Source of the DNA: an archaeon GW2011_AR10
GTDB lineage: Archaea; Iainarchaeota; Iainarchaeia; Iainarchaeales; GW2011-AR10
Assembly: GCA_000830275.1 (NCBI GenBank)
Contig: CP010424.1
Location: forward strand, 900,001-932,000
DNA: 32,000 bases
Reading direction: 5' to 3'
Shown: piece by piece, positions 14,684-23,000 of the stretch
How positions within the stretch are numbered: the first letter of the stretch is position 1
Layout of the letters: each line of letters opens with the position of its first letter
The notes under the pieces: generated by a model
What the model was told of the DNA's origin: nothing
Database searches by the model: none
Seen by the model: the letters and a program-made list of their open reading frames with translations, nothing else
Program-made: the position numbers and the translations under genes

Positions 14684-16081
14684 ATGAAGCTGCCGCAAGA
14701 AATTTTCAGGGAATACGACATTAGGGGCCTTGTTGGAAAACAGCTGAATGAGGAAGCAATGGAGCTGCTTGGAAAAGGCTTTGGAACATTCATTCAGAAT
14801 AAAAGTGGCAAACGGGTTGTTGTTGGGAATGACAGCAGGGAAAGCTCCGAAAAATTCAGGAAATCATTCATTAAAGGCTTAACAAGCACTGGGTGCAGTG
14901 TTACAAGCATTGGCCTTGCAACAACGCCGATGCTTTACTTCGCGGTTAACCTGCTTGAAGCTGATGCAGGGGTTTCGGTTACTGCTTCACATAACCCTAT
15001 TGAATTCAACGGCATTAAGCTGACTGAGAAAAAGGCTTTCCCTGTTTTCGGGAAAGAAATACAGGAAATAAGGAAAATAATTGAAGGAAAAAACTTTGCT
15101 GCGGGAAAAGGAAGCGTTGAGGAAAAAAGCATTAAAAAAAACTATTTGGAGATGCTGAAACAAAAAATCAGGCTGGGAAGAAAGAAACTCAGGGTTGTTG
15201 TTGACACAGGCAACGGAACAGCAGGAATTGTTGCAGGAGACGCGTTAAGGCAGTGGGGCTGCGAAGTAATTGAATTGTTCACGGAGCTTGACAGCAGTTT
15301 TCCAAACCATTTGCCTGACCCAACTGTGAAAGAAAACCTGCAGGAATTAATCGCTAAAGTAAAAGAAGAAAAAGCTGACATCGGAATCGGGATTGACGGC
15401 GATGCTGACAGAATCGGGGTTGTTGACGGTAAAGGAAGCATCGTGTGGGCGGACAAGCTTCTGGCAGTTTTCGCAAAAGAGTTCCTCCAAAAAAACTTTG
15501 GCAAAAAAGTTTTGTTTGACGTTAAATGCAGCGAGGCAGTAGTGGAGGTTGTGAAAGCAAATGGCGGAAAACCAATAATATGGAAAACCGGGCACAGCCT
15601 CATTAAATCAAAAATGAGGGAAGACAACATTTTGCTTGCAGGGGAAATGTCAGGGCACATCTTCTTCAAGGACGAATTTTTTGGATTTGACGATGCGGTT
15701 TATGCAGCTGGAAGGCTGCTGAGAATTCTCTCCAACTCTGACAAGAGCTTAAGCGAAATTGAAGCAGAAATTCCGCAATACGTTAACACTCCGGAGCAGA
15801 GAATTGACTGCGAGGAAACGGAGAAGGAAAAAATCGTGCAAGAAGTCGCAAAGCACTTCAAGGAAAAATACCCTGACTCAATTACAATTGACGGAATACG
15901 CATAAAGTTTAGCGATGGCTGGGGCTTGGTGAGGAAAAGCAACACCCAGCCAAAGCTGATTCTGAGGTTTGAGGCAAAAAGCGAAAAGGAACTGGAAAAA
16001 ATTAGAAAAGAAATTGCTGAAAAACTGAAAGAGTTCAAGGCCGTAAAAGCAGAGCAGCTGCGCAACGCTAGTTCAGCATAA
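14684..16081 (+). CDS. Phosphoglucomutase/phosphomannomutase family protein (alpha-D-phosphohexomutase)
   Basis: FREYDIRG near the N-terminus, catalytic TASHNP (~14978-14998), DTGNGTAG, metal loop GIDGDADR (~15390-15413), sugar loop GEMSGH, and the phosphate-binding RKSNTQP. Start chosen at ATG 14684 (MKLPQEIFREYDIRG); ATG 14642 and the track start 14543 are alternatives. Confidence 0.93.
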   Translation: MKLPQEIFREYDIRGLVGKQLNEEAMELLGKGFGTFIQNKSGKRVVVGNDSRESSEKFRKSFIKGLTSTGCSVTSIGLATTPMLYFAVNLLEADAGVSVTASHNPIEFNGIKLTEKKAFPVFGKEIQEIRKIIEGKNFAAGKGSVEEKSIKKNYLEMLKQKIRLGRKKLRVVVDTGNGTAGIVAGDALRQWGCEVIELFTELDSSFPNHLPDPTVKENLQELIAKVKEEKADIGIGIDGDADRIGVVDGKGSIVWADKLLAVFAKEFLQKNFGKKVLFDVKCSEAVVEVVKANGGKPIIWKTGHSLIKSKMREDNILLAGEMSGHIFFKDEFFGFDDAVYAAGRLLRILSNSDKSLSEIEAEIPQYVNTPEQRIDCEETEKEKIVQEVAKHFKEKYPDSITIDGIRIKFSDGWGLVRKSNTQPKLILRFEAKSEKELEKIRKEIAEKLKEFKAVKAEQLRNASSA

Positions 16082-16110
16082 GCCTTATTTATAACTAATT
16101 GTAATAATAA

Positions 16111-18900
16111 ATGGCAATGAAACTGCAAAAAGTATTGCTGATGCTGGTGTTCGCTCTGCTTTTTTCAGCAACTGCTTTTGCTGCTGAAACAGTTTACTGG
16201 CTTAGGGGCAATGCTTCCGATATCGCGCTTTACTTGGACACTGAGCACAGAATGATTTCAACTGCACCAGGCTCTGGCGCAACTGAAGCTGATTTCACCA
16301 CCACAACTGTTGCCGGAACAAATGATTGGGGGGTATGGCACTCTGACTCATTGGCGGAAAACTTCACCATAACAGGCACTGTTTATGTGTGGTTTTCCTA
16401 TCTTAATCTGAGCGGTGGAAGCGGCCAATTCCGCTGGACACTATGGGATTATGATGAGGAAAGCGGCTCAATAACGTACATTGCGCAGTCAGCGTGGGCT
16501 GACTTTCCCAGCGCAGCGCAGATTGAAACATTTAAGACTCTTGACAACAATTACACTGTTGCTGCAGGCAACAGGTTGGGCCTCAGGCTGGAGTATAATT
16601 CGGCAAGCAGCGGCAGCACTGCCTCGCTGAAGGTTGACTCTGCCAGCGCAGGCAGCAGCGTAACATGGAATGCTTCAACAGGCGGCACTTACACTGCCAG
16701 CAATGTGAGCAGGGCAGCAGCAATTCTCTTCAACCCCCAAACAGTAAGCATTTCTTGCAGTAGCGATTCTGACTGCGATGACAGCAACAGCTTGACTGGG
16801 GATGTATGCATTAATTCCGGCACGGCACAGTCTTTTTGCTCTAACCAGGGCTGCTATGTTGCATGCTACAGCAGCAGTGACTGCGATGACGGGGTTGCGG
16901 AAACAGTTGACACCTGCTTGGGTGCTGGAACCTGCTCTTCGAGGTGCCAGAACCTTGAGGAATTTTCAGCGCTGTGCAGCAGCAACTCTGACTGCGATGA
17001 TGGTAACCCGTTAACAATTGACTCATGCAATAACCCGGGAACAGCTTCTGCGGGGTGCTCAAACATTTCATGCACTCCAACGTGCAGCAGCAGCTCTGAC
17101 TGCGATGACAGCGACGCAAATACAACTGATGTTTGCGCTGGGGCAGGAAGGTGCACTGCAACCTGCTCTAATTTGGCAAGCTGCGGTAACGGCGTGTTAG
17201 ATTCAGGCGAAACCCCCTGCAATTGCCCAACGGATGCGGGCACATGCGAAGGCATTGTTGGAACCTGTTTGGAGAATGCATGCATTGGAACATCATGCGA
17301 GGTAACAATTGCTCTCGGCTGCTGTGGAAACAATTTCTGCGAGTTCAAGGAAGATTACAGCAACTGCGCGGTTGACTGCAAGCCGAAAGAAATTTCCATT
17401 GAGGTGACAGGAATAAGCGAGGAAAGCAGCTTTCTCCGCGGGGAAGAAGTTAAATTGGTTGCAGCGGTTGAAGCAGATGGATTGGAGGTAAGGGAAGCAA
17501 AGGTTTTTGCGAAAGGTTTTTTTGGGGAAATAGTTTTGTTCAACGACGGCAAGCACAGCGATGGGACAAGGAACGATAACTTGTATGGGAACAGTTTTTT
17601 TGTTGGTGAAACATTAAAGGAAGGCGCATACCCTGTCACAATTGAGGCAAGCTTTGCCGGCAGCACAGGAAAGACTGTTAAGAACCTTAATTTTAAGCCT
17701 GCACTTGAGGTTTCAATTGCAACTGACAGGGAAGCTTACGCTTTAGGCGACATAATCAGGGTTTCAGGCACTATAACAAAGAAAGGCAAAGGAATTGCAA
17801 GGGAAATTGACCTAAACATTTCAGTTGAAGGAAAGCTTGTAACTGAAGCTGATTTGAATTCCAAGGCTGATGGGAGCTATTCTTTTGAATACCATTCAAG
17901 CAATTTTGAGGATTCGGGAAGCTGGGAGATAAGCATTCTAACATCTGACGAGCAAGGCAACATTGGAGCTAAATCAAAGAATGTGGTGGTTGCAGAACAA
18001 GAAATAACTGCCTCGCTTTCACTTGAACTTGAGAGAGAAATCCTTGCAGCTTACGCAAGGAATGAAACCATTGCAATTGAAGTTAGGGTAAAGAACCTTG
18101 AAAACAAATTAGTGGAACAGGCATCAGTTCAGGCACTGATGCCTGATGGGGAGATTGTTTCATTCGCGGAAACAAGCACTGGCCTCTACGGGGCGGCCTA
18201 TTTGATTAAGCCTAACGTTCCACTCGGAGAGCAGGAAATAAAAGTCGTGGCCTCAAAGTTTGACGGCAACAATGTTATGGGCGGGAGCCTTGCATTCATC
18301 TTTGAAGTAAAAGCAATAAGCCTTATTGTTGAAGTGCTGGAGCCAACCAATAAAAGCGTTCAGGTTGGAGAGGACCTAAAAATAAGGGTTGCAGTTTCCT
18401 ATCCTGACAATGAGCCTGTTGTTGGTGCAGATTTCAATGCACTTGTGAACGGAAAAAAAGTTGAATTGAAGGCAGTTGAGAAAGGGGTCTATGAGGGAAC
18501 GCACTTCATTGACGAGTCAGAAGCACAGGGCATAAAAGCAGCAATTAGTTTTGATGACTCATTCGGGAACAAGGGCACAGCAGGGTTTGAAGTTGATGTA
18601 AGGGGCACATCCATTGTTTTTTACTTGAAAAAATATACTGTAAGCATTGCGCTTGCATTTCTTGCTGCAGCGCTTGCAGCAACCCTCATTGCACTCCAAG
18701 TAATGAACAGAAACAGGTATGCGGGCTTCAAGAGAAAGGAAAAGGAACTAATTGAAAAGCTGAAGAACATTCAGGTGCAGTATTTCAGGGAGGGTAGCCT
18801 CGACAGGAAAAATTACGACCAGTTAATGCAAAAATATGAGGCAGGCCTTGAAGAAGCCCGGAAAACCATTGCGCAGATGGAGAAGGAAAAGAAAAAGTGA
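16111..18900 (+). CDS. Large type I membrane surface protein (paralogue 1): Sec signal, YWLRG N-domain, four Cys-rich DCDD modules plus a CGNG module, Ig-like repeats, TM helix, SHOCT-like cytoplasmic tail
   Basis: 929-aa ORF. Signal MKLQKVLLMLVFALLFSATAFA|AE. Cys-rich region at 16756-17379, with tctgactgcgatga recurring about every 108-111 bp. Repeated ~90-100-aa beta-sandwich-like units. TM helix VSIALAFLAAALAATLIALQV (~18640-18705). Tail ..LIEKLKNIQVQYFREGSLDRKNYDQLMQKYEAGL. Confidence 0.9.
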   Translation: MAMKLQKVLLMLVFALLFSATAFAAETVYWLRGNASDIALYLDTEHRMISTAPGSGATEADFTTTTVAGTNDWGVWHSDSLAENFTITGTVYVWFSYLNLSGGSGQFRWTLWDYDEESGSITYIAQSAWADFPSAAQIETFKTLDNNYTVAAGNRLGLRLEYNSASSGSTASLKVDSASAGSSVTWNASTGGTYTASNVSRAAAILFNPQTVSISCSSDSDCDDSNSLTGDVCINSGTAQSFCSNQGCYVACYSSSDCDDGVAETVDTCLGAGTCSSRCQNLEEFSALCSSNSDCDDGNPLTIDSCNNPGTASAGCSNISCTPTCSSSSDCDDSDANTTDVCAGAGRCTATCSNLASCGNGVLDSGETPCNCPTDAGTCEGIVGTCLENACIGTSCEVTIALGCCGNNFCEFKEDYSNCAVDCKPKEISIEVTGISEESSFLRGEEVKLVAAVEADGLEVREAKVFAKGFFGEIVLFNDGKHSDGTRNDNLYGNSFFVGETLKEGAYPVTIEASFAGSTGKTVKNLNFKPALEVSIATDREAYALGDIIRVSGTITKKGKGIAREIDLNISVEGKLVTEADLNSKADGSYSFEYHSSNFEDSGSWEISILTSDEQGNIGAKSKNVVVAEQEITASLSLELEREILAAYARNETIAIEVRVKNLENKLVEQASVQALMPDGEIVSFAETSTGLYGAAYLIKPNVPLGEQEIKVVASKFDGNNVMGGSLAFIFEVKAISLIVEVLEPTNKSVQVGEDLKIRVAVSYPDNEPVVGADFNALVNGKKVELKAVEKGVYEGTHFIDESEAQGIKAAISFDDSFGNKGTAGFEVDVRGTSIVFYLKKYTVSIALAFLAAALAATLIALQVMNRNRYAGFKRKEKELIEKLKNIQVQYFREGSLDRKNYDQLMQKYEAGLEEARKTIAQMEKEKKK

Positions 18901-18904
18901 AAGA

Positions 18905-21430
18905 ATGAACAGAAGGATTTTATGTTGCGCAGTTTTTTTGCTGTTGGTTTCCTTGCTTGGAAACGTAAGCGCGACAAGTGCAATTTACTGGCTTAGGGGA
19001 AGTGACGTTGCTGCAAGGTTTGAGGGAACTGAAGCATACTTCATGTCTGGAACCCCGCCTAATGCATCCTCAACTGGAACAATAGTTGCTGCTGAAGTTT
19101 CAGGCGGAACACACGAGTTTGGAAGATGGTACTCTGTTGCTTTCCCGCAGGACTCAATTGTTTCAAACGAGGTTTTTTTTTGGGTTAACAAGCTTAGCCA
19201 AGGCAACGGCAACGCAAGGTTTCGCTTCACTTTGTATGAGTTTGTTGCGGACAGCCGGGAAAGCAGGGAAATTGTGCAGTCTGAATGGCTTGATTTTCCT
19301 GCAGGGGAAAAAGAATTCAAAGCAGAAATACTGGAACCATATGCTATCAGCAAGGGAAACAGGCTGAAGCTTGCGCTTGATTACAATGCTGTGGAAGCAG
19401 GCGGCGAAATAAGGCTTGTGCTGGATGAGTCAACAGGTTTTGGTGTTTCAGTGTGGAATGTTTCAAACAATCAGACTTACAGTGCTTCAGGTGTTGCCGG
19501 CACTGCAGCATTGCTTGTCAACTCCTGCACTGAAAGCGCAATTGCTTGCACAACTGATGCTTACTGTGATGATGGTTTGGCTTTAACCCTTGACAGGTGT
19601 GAGAACCCTGGAAGCTGTGCTGCTGAATGCGTTGCAGAAACATGCACGCCGGAGTGCACTTCAAATGCGCAGTGCGATGACAAAAGCTATTTAACAATTG
19701 ATGTTTGCGAGAACTCAGGAAAATGCGATGCTGCATGCAGCAACAATGAATGCAGTGTTTCATGCAGCTCTGACACCGAGTGCAGTGACGGTTTGCCAAG
19801 CACTTTGGACCAATGCATTAATGCAGGAACCTGTTTTGCTTTCTGCGAAAACAGGGTTTGCGTTGGAGAGGAATGTGATTCGGTTGCGAGAAACGAGTGC
19901 GGCAATGGCTTGTGCGAATTCAATGAGGCGTGCAGCGCAGACTGCAATGAAACAACAATTGAGCTTTTGGGGGTTAAGGAAGGAGAGTATTTTCTAAGAG
20001 GCGAGCAGATAATTATTGAGGCAAAGCCTGTTGGCTTTACTAAAGTGGTTGAGAGAGTTAATGCAGAGGGTTTTTTTGGGGAGCTTGAACTGAAGGACAA
20101 TGGAAGAAGCCCTGATAAGAAGGCCTCTGACGGAATTTACACTGCAGCTGTTGAAATCGCCAGCGAAACAATGCAAGGGGTGCACGCTGTCACGTTAACC
20201 TCTGAAAGCGCCTCTGAGAAGGCTGAGCTGGTGAAATACTATGTTGTGTGGCCTTTTCTTGAGGCAACCATTGATGTGCCGCTGCAGCTTTCAAGGGGGG
20301 GAGTGCTGCGAGTTTCAGGCACGCTAAACAAGAGGGGCGTTCCACTGGATGAACAGGTTTCCTTAAGAATTTCTTCTGCAGGAAAAACAATTGAGAGCTC
20401 TTCCGTTGAAGTAAACCAGTACGGCTGGTTTTTTTTCTCTTATCGGAGCAGCCAGCTAGACCCAATAGGAAAATGGGGTGTATCGGTTAGAGCTCTTGAC
20501 AAGGAAGGCAATGAAGCATTAATTGAGAAAGAGGTCATAGTTGTTTCCGGCCAAGCAAGCTCTGAAATAACAGTTGAGGTACTGGAACCAGCTGCAGGAG
20601 AAATTGAGCGTGGAGAAGAACTCATTGCAAGGGTAAAGGTTTTAGAGGAAGGGGAAGCAGTTGAAGGGGCAATTGTGAAAGCTTTAACCCCGCTTCGTGA
20701 AACCATTGCACTGAAAGAAGTGGCTGCAGGGGTTTACGAGGGAAAAATCTTTCTTTCTTTCCGGGAACCATTGGGAGAGCAGCGGCTCATTTTTATTGTT
20801 TCTGTTTCAGGTGAAAATGAAGCAAGGCAGGCTGAATCACAGCAGGAAATTGTTGTGCAGCCATCCAAATTGCTGGTTGGAGTTGATGTTGAAGAGGAGT
20901 CAATGAAAGCAGGGCAAAACGGAATTGCGAGAATCAGCATTAATTATGCAAACGGAGAGCCTGTTGAAAATGCAGTTGTTTCAGTTGAAGGGAACGGAAA
21001 AGAATTTGAGGTAAGGAGAGAAGGCCATGGATTTGTTGCCTCAAGGCAGCTGGGGGCAGATGAGAGAGGCACGATAAGCCTTGTCGTTGAAGCAATGGAC
21101 TCTTTTGGCAACGAAGGAAAAAAGGAGGTTGAAGCAGAGGTCGGGGCAGCACCGCTATTTGTTTTTTCTTGGGGAGCATTTCTTTTAGTGCTGGCAGTTT
21201 TGGCAGGAATTGTGCTGGCAATTTGGGCGAGCAGGTTTGTCTTTTTGAGTTTTAAGGGCAGGGAAGAGTTGGTTGAAAAAGAGCAGCTCTTGCTGAAAGA
21301 AATTTCTGAACTCCAGAAACGCTATTTCCAAAAACACTTGATGAAAAGCAAGGAATACTACGACTTAATGAATAAATACGAAAACGAGTTAAATAGTATA
21401 AGACAACAACTTAAAAGAGAGAAAAAATGA
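18905..21430 (+). CDS. Large type I membrane surface protein (paralogue 2)
   Basis: ATG at 18905, 5 nt after the upstream TGA; the track start 18836 overlaps the previous gene. Signal MNRRILCCAVFLLLVSLLGNVSA|TS, then AIYWLRG. Cys-rich region at 19526-19945. Ig-like repeats. TM helix ~21155-21230. Tail ..LLKEISELQKRYFQKHLMKSKEYYDLMNKYENEL. Confidence 0.9.
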   Translation: MNRRILCCAVFLLLVSLLGNVSATSAIYWLRGSDVAARFEGTEAYFMSGTPPNASSTGTIVAAEVSGGTHEFGRWYSVAFPQDSIVSNEVFFWVNKLSQGNGNARFRFTLYEFVADSRESREIVQSEWLDFPAGEKEFKAEILEPYAISKGNRLKLALDYNAVEAGGEIRLVLDESTGFGVSVWNVSNNQTYSASGVAGTAALLVNSCTESAIACTTDAYCDDGLALTLDRCENPGSCAAECVAETCTPECTSNAQCDDKSYLTIDVCENSGKCDAACSNNECSVSCSSDTECSDGLPSTLDQCINAGTCFAFCENRVCVGEECDSVARNECGNGLCEFNEACSADCNETTIELLGVKEGEYFLRGEQIIIEAKPVGFTKVVERVNAEGFFGELELKDNGRSPDKKASDGIYTAAVEIASETMQGVHAVTLTSESASEKAELVKYYVVWPFLEATIDVPLQLSRGGVLRVSGTLNKRGVPLDEQVSLRISSAGKTIESSSVEVNQYGWFFFSYRSSQLDPIGKWGVSVRALDKEGNEALIEKEVIVVSGQASSEITVEVLEPAAGEIERGEELIARVKVLEEGEAVEGAIVKALTPLRETIALKEVAAGVYEGKIFLSFREPLGEQRLIFIVSVSGENEARQAESQQEIVVQPSKLLVGVDVEEESMKAGQNGIARISINYANGEPVENAVVSVEGNGKEFEVRREGHGFVASRQLGADERGTISLVVEAMDSFGNEGKKEVEAEVGAAPLFVFSWGAFLLVLAVLAGIVLAIWASRFVFLSFKGREELVEKEQLLLKEISELQKRYFQKHLMKSKEYYDLMNKYENELNSIRQQLKREKK

Positions 21431-21589
21431 AAAAGTTTTGGTCAACTAGCCAATCAAGAATTAATAAGGGGTTGAACGCAGTGAAACCCCTTGATATACG
21501 CGCTGTCAACTGGCGCACTCAGTTGAAAGAGAGAAAAAATGAATCATGAAAATATTTATGAGGGTTCAAAGAACCCCCGAGGTATTCAG

Positions 21590-22825
21590 ATGTCAACTGG
21601 CTGTGGCAGTTGGAGGAATGCTTTCTTGCTTCTGGCTGTTCTGCTGCTGGCATCAGATGCCATTGCGCTTACTATTCTAACCGACAAGCTGTCTTATGTG
21701 AAAGGAGATGTCATAGCGATAAGCGGTGCATGCAGTGCGGGAAACCAGAACCTTGTCATCGGTTTAAATGGGGAGAAAAAAATTTTTGAGGAAGACATTG
21801 AGTGCTCTGAGGAAGAGGAATTCAGCTTTGATTATCAGTCAAGCTTTCTTGACCCTGAAGGAAACTGGGAGCTCAGGCTTTCAACTCCTGAGGAGTCAGC
21901 CAAAATAAATGTTGTAGTGGAAAACAAGAGGGAGGCCGGGTTTTATTTCATTAAAGTGCTTAACCCAACAATAGGCAAGTACAGCAGGGCAGAAAAACTG
22001 GATTTCAGCGTGGAAGTAACTGATGCAGGAACACTTGTAGCTGATGCAAGGGTAGTGCTTTGGGGGGTGAAAGGGGAAAGGATTGAGTTCAGGAATTCCG
22101 GCAGCGGAGTATACAATGTTGAATACACTGTGCCTGTTGATGCGCCTCTTGGAAGCTGGAAAGTGCTTTTGCTTGCTGAAACCGTGCGCGGGCAGGAGCG
22201 AATAGGGGGCAGAAACAACGAATTGGAAATGGTAATAGAAAAGGCACCGATTTCAATTGATGTGCTGGAGCCAAAAACAACCACCTTTGAGCTGGGAACA
22301 AGGATTCCTGTAAGGATTAATGCAACATACTTTAATGGAAGCGGGCTGCCGGAGGAAAGCATTGCAACAGCCAGGGTGGATGGGAAAGAGATAACGCTTT
22401 CAAGGATTTCTTCAAGCGAGTTTGCTGGCATGATTGAAATTGAGCAGAGTGGAAGTCTTGAGGTGGAGATAACAGTTGATGACCAGTCTGAAAACATTAC
22501 AACCAAAACATTGAACCTTGTTGCAGGGTGCTCGGTTACGTGCCTTATAACAAACTATGGCTTATACATAATTGCTGTTGTTTTGGTGGGCCTTGTTGCC
22601 TTCAAGCTGTTTGTTGGAAAGGTAAGCTATGGCTCAGAGCTCAGCAAACTGGAGAAGGAAAAGCAGAAAAACCTTGAATTAATTGTTTCACTGCAAAAAG
22701 AATACTTCAGCAAGGGAGTGATGCCTGCCAACTCATACAAGAAGAATCTGGCAGAATACAAGGCAAGGCTTGCTGAACTTGAAGAAAAAATAAGAGAGCT
22801 TAGGAAAAAGCAGGAAAACGAGTAA
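21590..22825 (+). CDS. Shorter type I membrane surface protein (paralogue 3; lacks the YWLRG and Cys-rich parts)
   Basis: ATG at 21590 sits 6 nt after GAGGT; ATG 21539 is an alternative. Signal MSTGCGSWRNAFLLLAVLLLASDAIA. Ig-like repeats. TM helix ~22558-22615. Tail ..LELIVSLQKEYFSKGVMPANSYKKNLAEYKARL. Confidence 0.85.
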   Translation: MSTGCGSWRNAFLLLAVLLLASDAIALTILTDKLSYVKGDVIAISGACSAGNQNLVIGLNGEKKIFEEDIECSEEEEFSFDYQSSFLDPEGNWELRLSTPEESAKINVVVENKREAGFYFIKVLNPTIGKYSRAEKLDFSVEVTDAGTLVADARVVLWGVKGERIEFRNSGSGVYNVEYTVPVDAPLGSWKVLLLAETVRGQERIGGRNNELEMVIEKAPISIDVLEPKTTTFELGTRIPVRINATYFNGSGLPEESIATARVDGKEITLSRISSSEFAGMIEIEQSGSLEVEITVDDQSENITTKTLNLVAGCSVTCLITNYGLYIIAVVLVGLVAFKLFVGKVSYGSELSKLEKEKQKNLELIVSLQKEYFSKGVMPANSYKKNLAEYKARLAELEEKIRELRKKQENE

Positions 22826-22831
22826 TGGCAC

Positions 22832-22846
22832 AAAATTTTTATATTT
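22832..22846 (+). promoter_or_regulatory. TATA-like box upstream of the 792-aa gene
   Basis: aaaatttttatattt lies 7 nt after the stop of the preceding gene and about 155 nt before ATG 23001. Confidence 0.3.
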
Positions 22847-23000
22847 CAAAAACAAACTCTATACGACGTCCTACCGCACTGAAGTGCGAGGTTTTCCAAT
22901 GGACGTCAATTTACAGTCAACGGAAAATGAAGCCGAGCAAAAACCCCGCCATAAATGGCGAGGCTTCATTTTGGGTTGGTGAATTGCTTTTGGTGCCTTG

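Noticed and set aside
14233-14793. Three overlapping ORFs (14233..14793 minus, 14289..14516 minus, 14299..14610 plus) as possible genes
   Set aside because: They are mutually exclusive and none has recognisable features. One runs antisense into the mutase gene. Strand purine skew explains the open frames. The region is kept only as a low-interest observation.
16841-17348. Antisense and alternate-frame ORFs inside the Cys-rich region of the 929-aa gene (16802..17014, 16841..17161, 16866..17348, 17018..17200)
   Set aside because: These are shadow ORFs created by the repetitive GC-richer tgc/gac codon pattern. They overlap a CDS with a clear signal peptide, domain repeats and a paralogue, and their translations are low-complexity Q/S/H/C strings.
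21466-21492. Hairpin aaggggtt-(11 nt)-aacccctt after the second adhesin gene as an intrinsic terminator
   Set aside because: The 8-bp stem is real but is not followed by a T tract, and archaeal terminators do not require hairpins. The evidence is too weak to call. The nearby triple gtcaact[ag]gc motif (21441, 21505, 21592) is also too short to interpret.
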